Shown piece after piece: positions 51,069 to 64,000 of a stretch of 64,000 nt of DNA. Positions within the stretch are counted from its first letter, which is position 1; the number at the start of each line of letters is the position of its first letter. The notes beneath the pieces were generated by a model. The model was given only the letters and a program-made list of their open reading frames with translations, was not told the origin of the DNA and searched no databases. Both the position numbers and the translations under genes were made by a program. Origin of the DNA: Paraspadella gotoi (lineage: Eukaryota > Animalia > Chaetognatha); the NCBI GenBank assembly GCA_051294375.1, contig CM119267.1, positions 25,435,293 to 25,499,292 on the forward strand, read 5' to 3'.

Positions 51069-51955
51069 ATGACCTCCGAAAAATTAAATGTTCGTTACCG
51101 AACTCAAACAAGCGACTCCGGTGCCTCCGTCTCCGACGATTCCACATCCAACTCATATTTCGCGCATCGACCCTCCGTCTTCTTCTTCGTTCCTAACCTC
51201 ATCGGCTACGCTCGTCTTTTCGCCCTCTTTCTTTCATGGGCTTCTCACGCCGCCGATCGCCCCTCCTTTTGTCTCGCTCTCTATCTCGTCTCTGCCGCCC
51301 TCGACTTTTTCGACGGATTCTTCGCGCGCCTTCTCGGACAGGTGCAGAGAGAGAGAGGAAGAGATAGAGAGATCACGGAGCCAGTATTCGATTTCCCCTC
51401 TTTCAGGTCTCGGTGTTTGGCGCTTGGTTTGATGTCTTTATCGACGTGCTCGGTCGGACGACCATGTGGGCCATGGTCTCATCTCGAATGGGTTTTCCTT
51501 GGGGTCAATTGGTGGCGTCGGTGGAGTGGGCGGCGTTTTTGTGCATCCACGCCAACCACGGGAGCCGGTGGAAGGAAAATCTGACGACAACAACAACTAC
51601 AACAGAAGAAGAAGCGGCCGTCGCCGAGCGCGACCGACTCCGCACTTCGACATTCTCATTGGCGGATTCCTCGCGTCGCGTTCCGCGTTGGGTCTCGCGA
51701 TGCTTCGTCAACGGCTTTAAGTCTCCTTGGGGCGTCCTCGTCATCTCCGGCGTCCACGCCCTTCCACCGTGGCTGTACGCCTACGTGGCGTGGCGCCAAG
51801 ACGTTGATGCGGTGCTGTGGTGGATATTTGCGGCGCCGCTGTCGTTGAACTGGGTGGCGCTGCCGGTGCTAGTGGCGGGAAGGATCTACGCGGGCCTCGT
51901 CGAGGCTTGGATCGTCTACGATCACGTGAGATTCTTGTCGAAGATGAAGGAGTGA
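51069..51955 (+). CDS. CDP-alcohol phosphatidyltransferase family protein (PIS/CDIPT-like paralog), 2 exons
   Basis: FFVPNLIGYAR, then the CDP-AP signature DFFDGFFARLLGQVSVFGAWFDVFID after splicing; FVNGFKSPWG..ISG.H.LP.W. Confidence 0.88.
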
Positions 51956-53546
51956 AGAAGTGGAGGCTGAAGAAGAGGGGGTTTGGAAAAAAAGAAGTTG
52001 TCAAATCTTCTCGGTGAATTTTTGAACCTGAAAAAAAAAAGAATCTGTACTCTGTATGATGGTACTATTAAATTGAAATTCACCGTGCCTTCTCAACTTA
52101 TATCAGGTCTCAGTGTAGATTCACATTCCCATCTAAAAACTAACAAATTTACAAAAAAACTATGTCAGTCTCGTTAGTCTAGTCGGTGTAGTTGTATACC
52201 TAATTCTTCTCGACTCACGATCTCCGGTGTTGGCTTCATTTCGTTCTTTTATTCTATTATTCGGTTATTGTCCTTTTTTTACAAGAGGACGATTGTCTTT
52301 TTAGATCTCTTTTTTTCTTTTTACATTCACTGATTATTTGCGAATATTTCCTACTCGGCCGTTGCCGTAATTGATATTCTCATTTTGTCTGTTTAACTTA
52401 CTAGACTTCGTCTAAATATTATAGTATTGAAACCATTTTAAAAATAAATCGACGAAAAGCAGTTTTTACAATACTTGTCAATTATATTTTGCTTGATTAT
52501 TTTACTTTTTTAAAACTTAGTTAATTTTTCCCCCCAAGGAAAAAGCGACTTTATTTTACATTAACAACTCAACCAGAATAAAAGAAGATTTTTGCTTGAT
52601 AATATCAAAAGTACTTAATCTCTTCCGCCCCATAGAAGTTGGTAAACTGGCGAGGCTAAAACCAAAGACGAAAACAATTAAACGTAAAGGAAAAAATAAA
52701 ATAAAATAAAAATGCGGGATCGAGGATTTGGTGCGGCGTTCGTAATCGGGACGCGCCCACCTCGCTCACTCGTCCCTCGTCTCTCGCCACAGACTAAAGC
52801 GTTTGCGCCGCGAGCGCCCCTACCGGAACCGCGCCCCCAAAGGCGAAAAACTATAGACGCCAGCACCGTCGTCTATGCTCCAGTCGCTTCCCTCTTTCTT
52901 TCTCCCAAGTCTTGATATCCGTTGGGAGCAAAAGATATTCTCTCTTTCTCTCCGTCGAAAGTCAGAGTCATCTTTGCTCCTGAACTTTTCAAAAGACTCG
53001 ACAAAGAAAAAGTCGTCTTATTTTACACGGGCATTTTTCAACTCAATTTCTTCTAACATTTAATCGCCGTTGAAAACTCGAAAAAATTGACCTCGCGGAG
53101 ATTCTTGAACGTTGAAAGTCGCTGAAAAGAAAACCGCTTAACCTAAGACGAGAAGGAATTGGCGTTCGTCGCCGCCGCCAAAGATTTTTTAACCGCCATT
53201 CACTGCGCACTGCCTTCGATTTGCGTTCTTCCCCCCGCCTCCCGTTTTCTTTTTTTTATTTTTTTTTATTTCGCGGTCCCGACTTCCCAAGACTCGCCCA
53301 TTCGCAAGTTGCATCTTCGTTCGGATTATCCGAATTCTCTCCCCCCCCTTCTTCCTCTCTTTCTCTTTTCGTTTCGCGAGCGTCTCGTTGCTGGATTCGA
53401 ATCGACGATACTACTATATCCTTCCTTCCTTTTTATTTATATATCCTTTTATTTCGCGTTGCTGGATTCGAATCGACGCTTCTTTATCCTTCCCTCCTTT
53501 TAATTTATTTATCCTTTTATTCCTTCTGCTCCCGTTTCCTCGAAAC

Positions 53547-63809
<10,263 letters not shown>

Positions 63810-64000
63810 TGGGGAAAGAGCGGAATATGTCGGAAAGACTCCTTTTCGTTACTCGTCCTGTTCCGTGCCACAATCTCTCCCCTTACCAAACTGGCAAAAC
63901 CCACGATTTTGGCTAAGCCCTTTTCTTCCCTTTCTTTCCCCGCCCCTTTTTAAAAAAATAAGACTCCTATAATTTTAAGATTTTAATGGAAAAAAAAGAG

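Overview
A eukaryotic window, most likely an invertebrate metazoan (inferred from the gene set and repeats). Exons are GC- and CpG-rich; most introns are short and AT-rich. I reconstructed 18 protein-coding genes by hand, all on the + strand: ERp29-like (last exon only), GHITM, an ankyrin-repeat protein, cornichon, HERC4, an orphan with a Scm3/HJURP-like motif, TIPRL, ARFGAP1, RTF2, OSGEP, SYMPK, MAGOH, ZC3HC1, FANCM, UBE2J2, a ZDHHC, a CDP-alcohol phosphotransferase and CNNM. The RTF2-to-UBE2J2 block has stop-to-start spacers of only 113-440 bp, most with an apparently unpaired pyrimidine-tract/AG site, which suggests an operon resolved by SL trans-splicing. Splice sites are unusually degenerate, with many AAG/GAG acceptors and GTY donors. 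Larger spacers and introns hold Helentron/DINE-like elements, hAT MITEs, tRNA-derived SINEs, a Tc1 relic, a Penelope-type hammerhead ribozyme and a Transib-like element with RSS-like ends. All gene models and counts are manual and lack transcript support.
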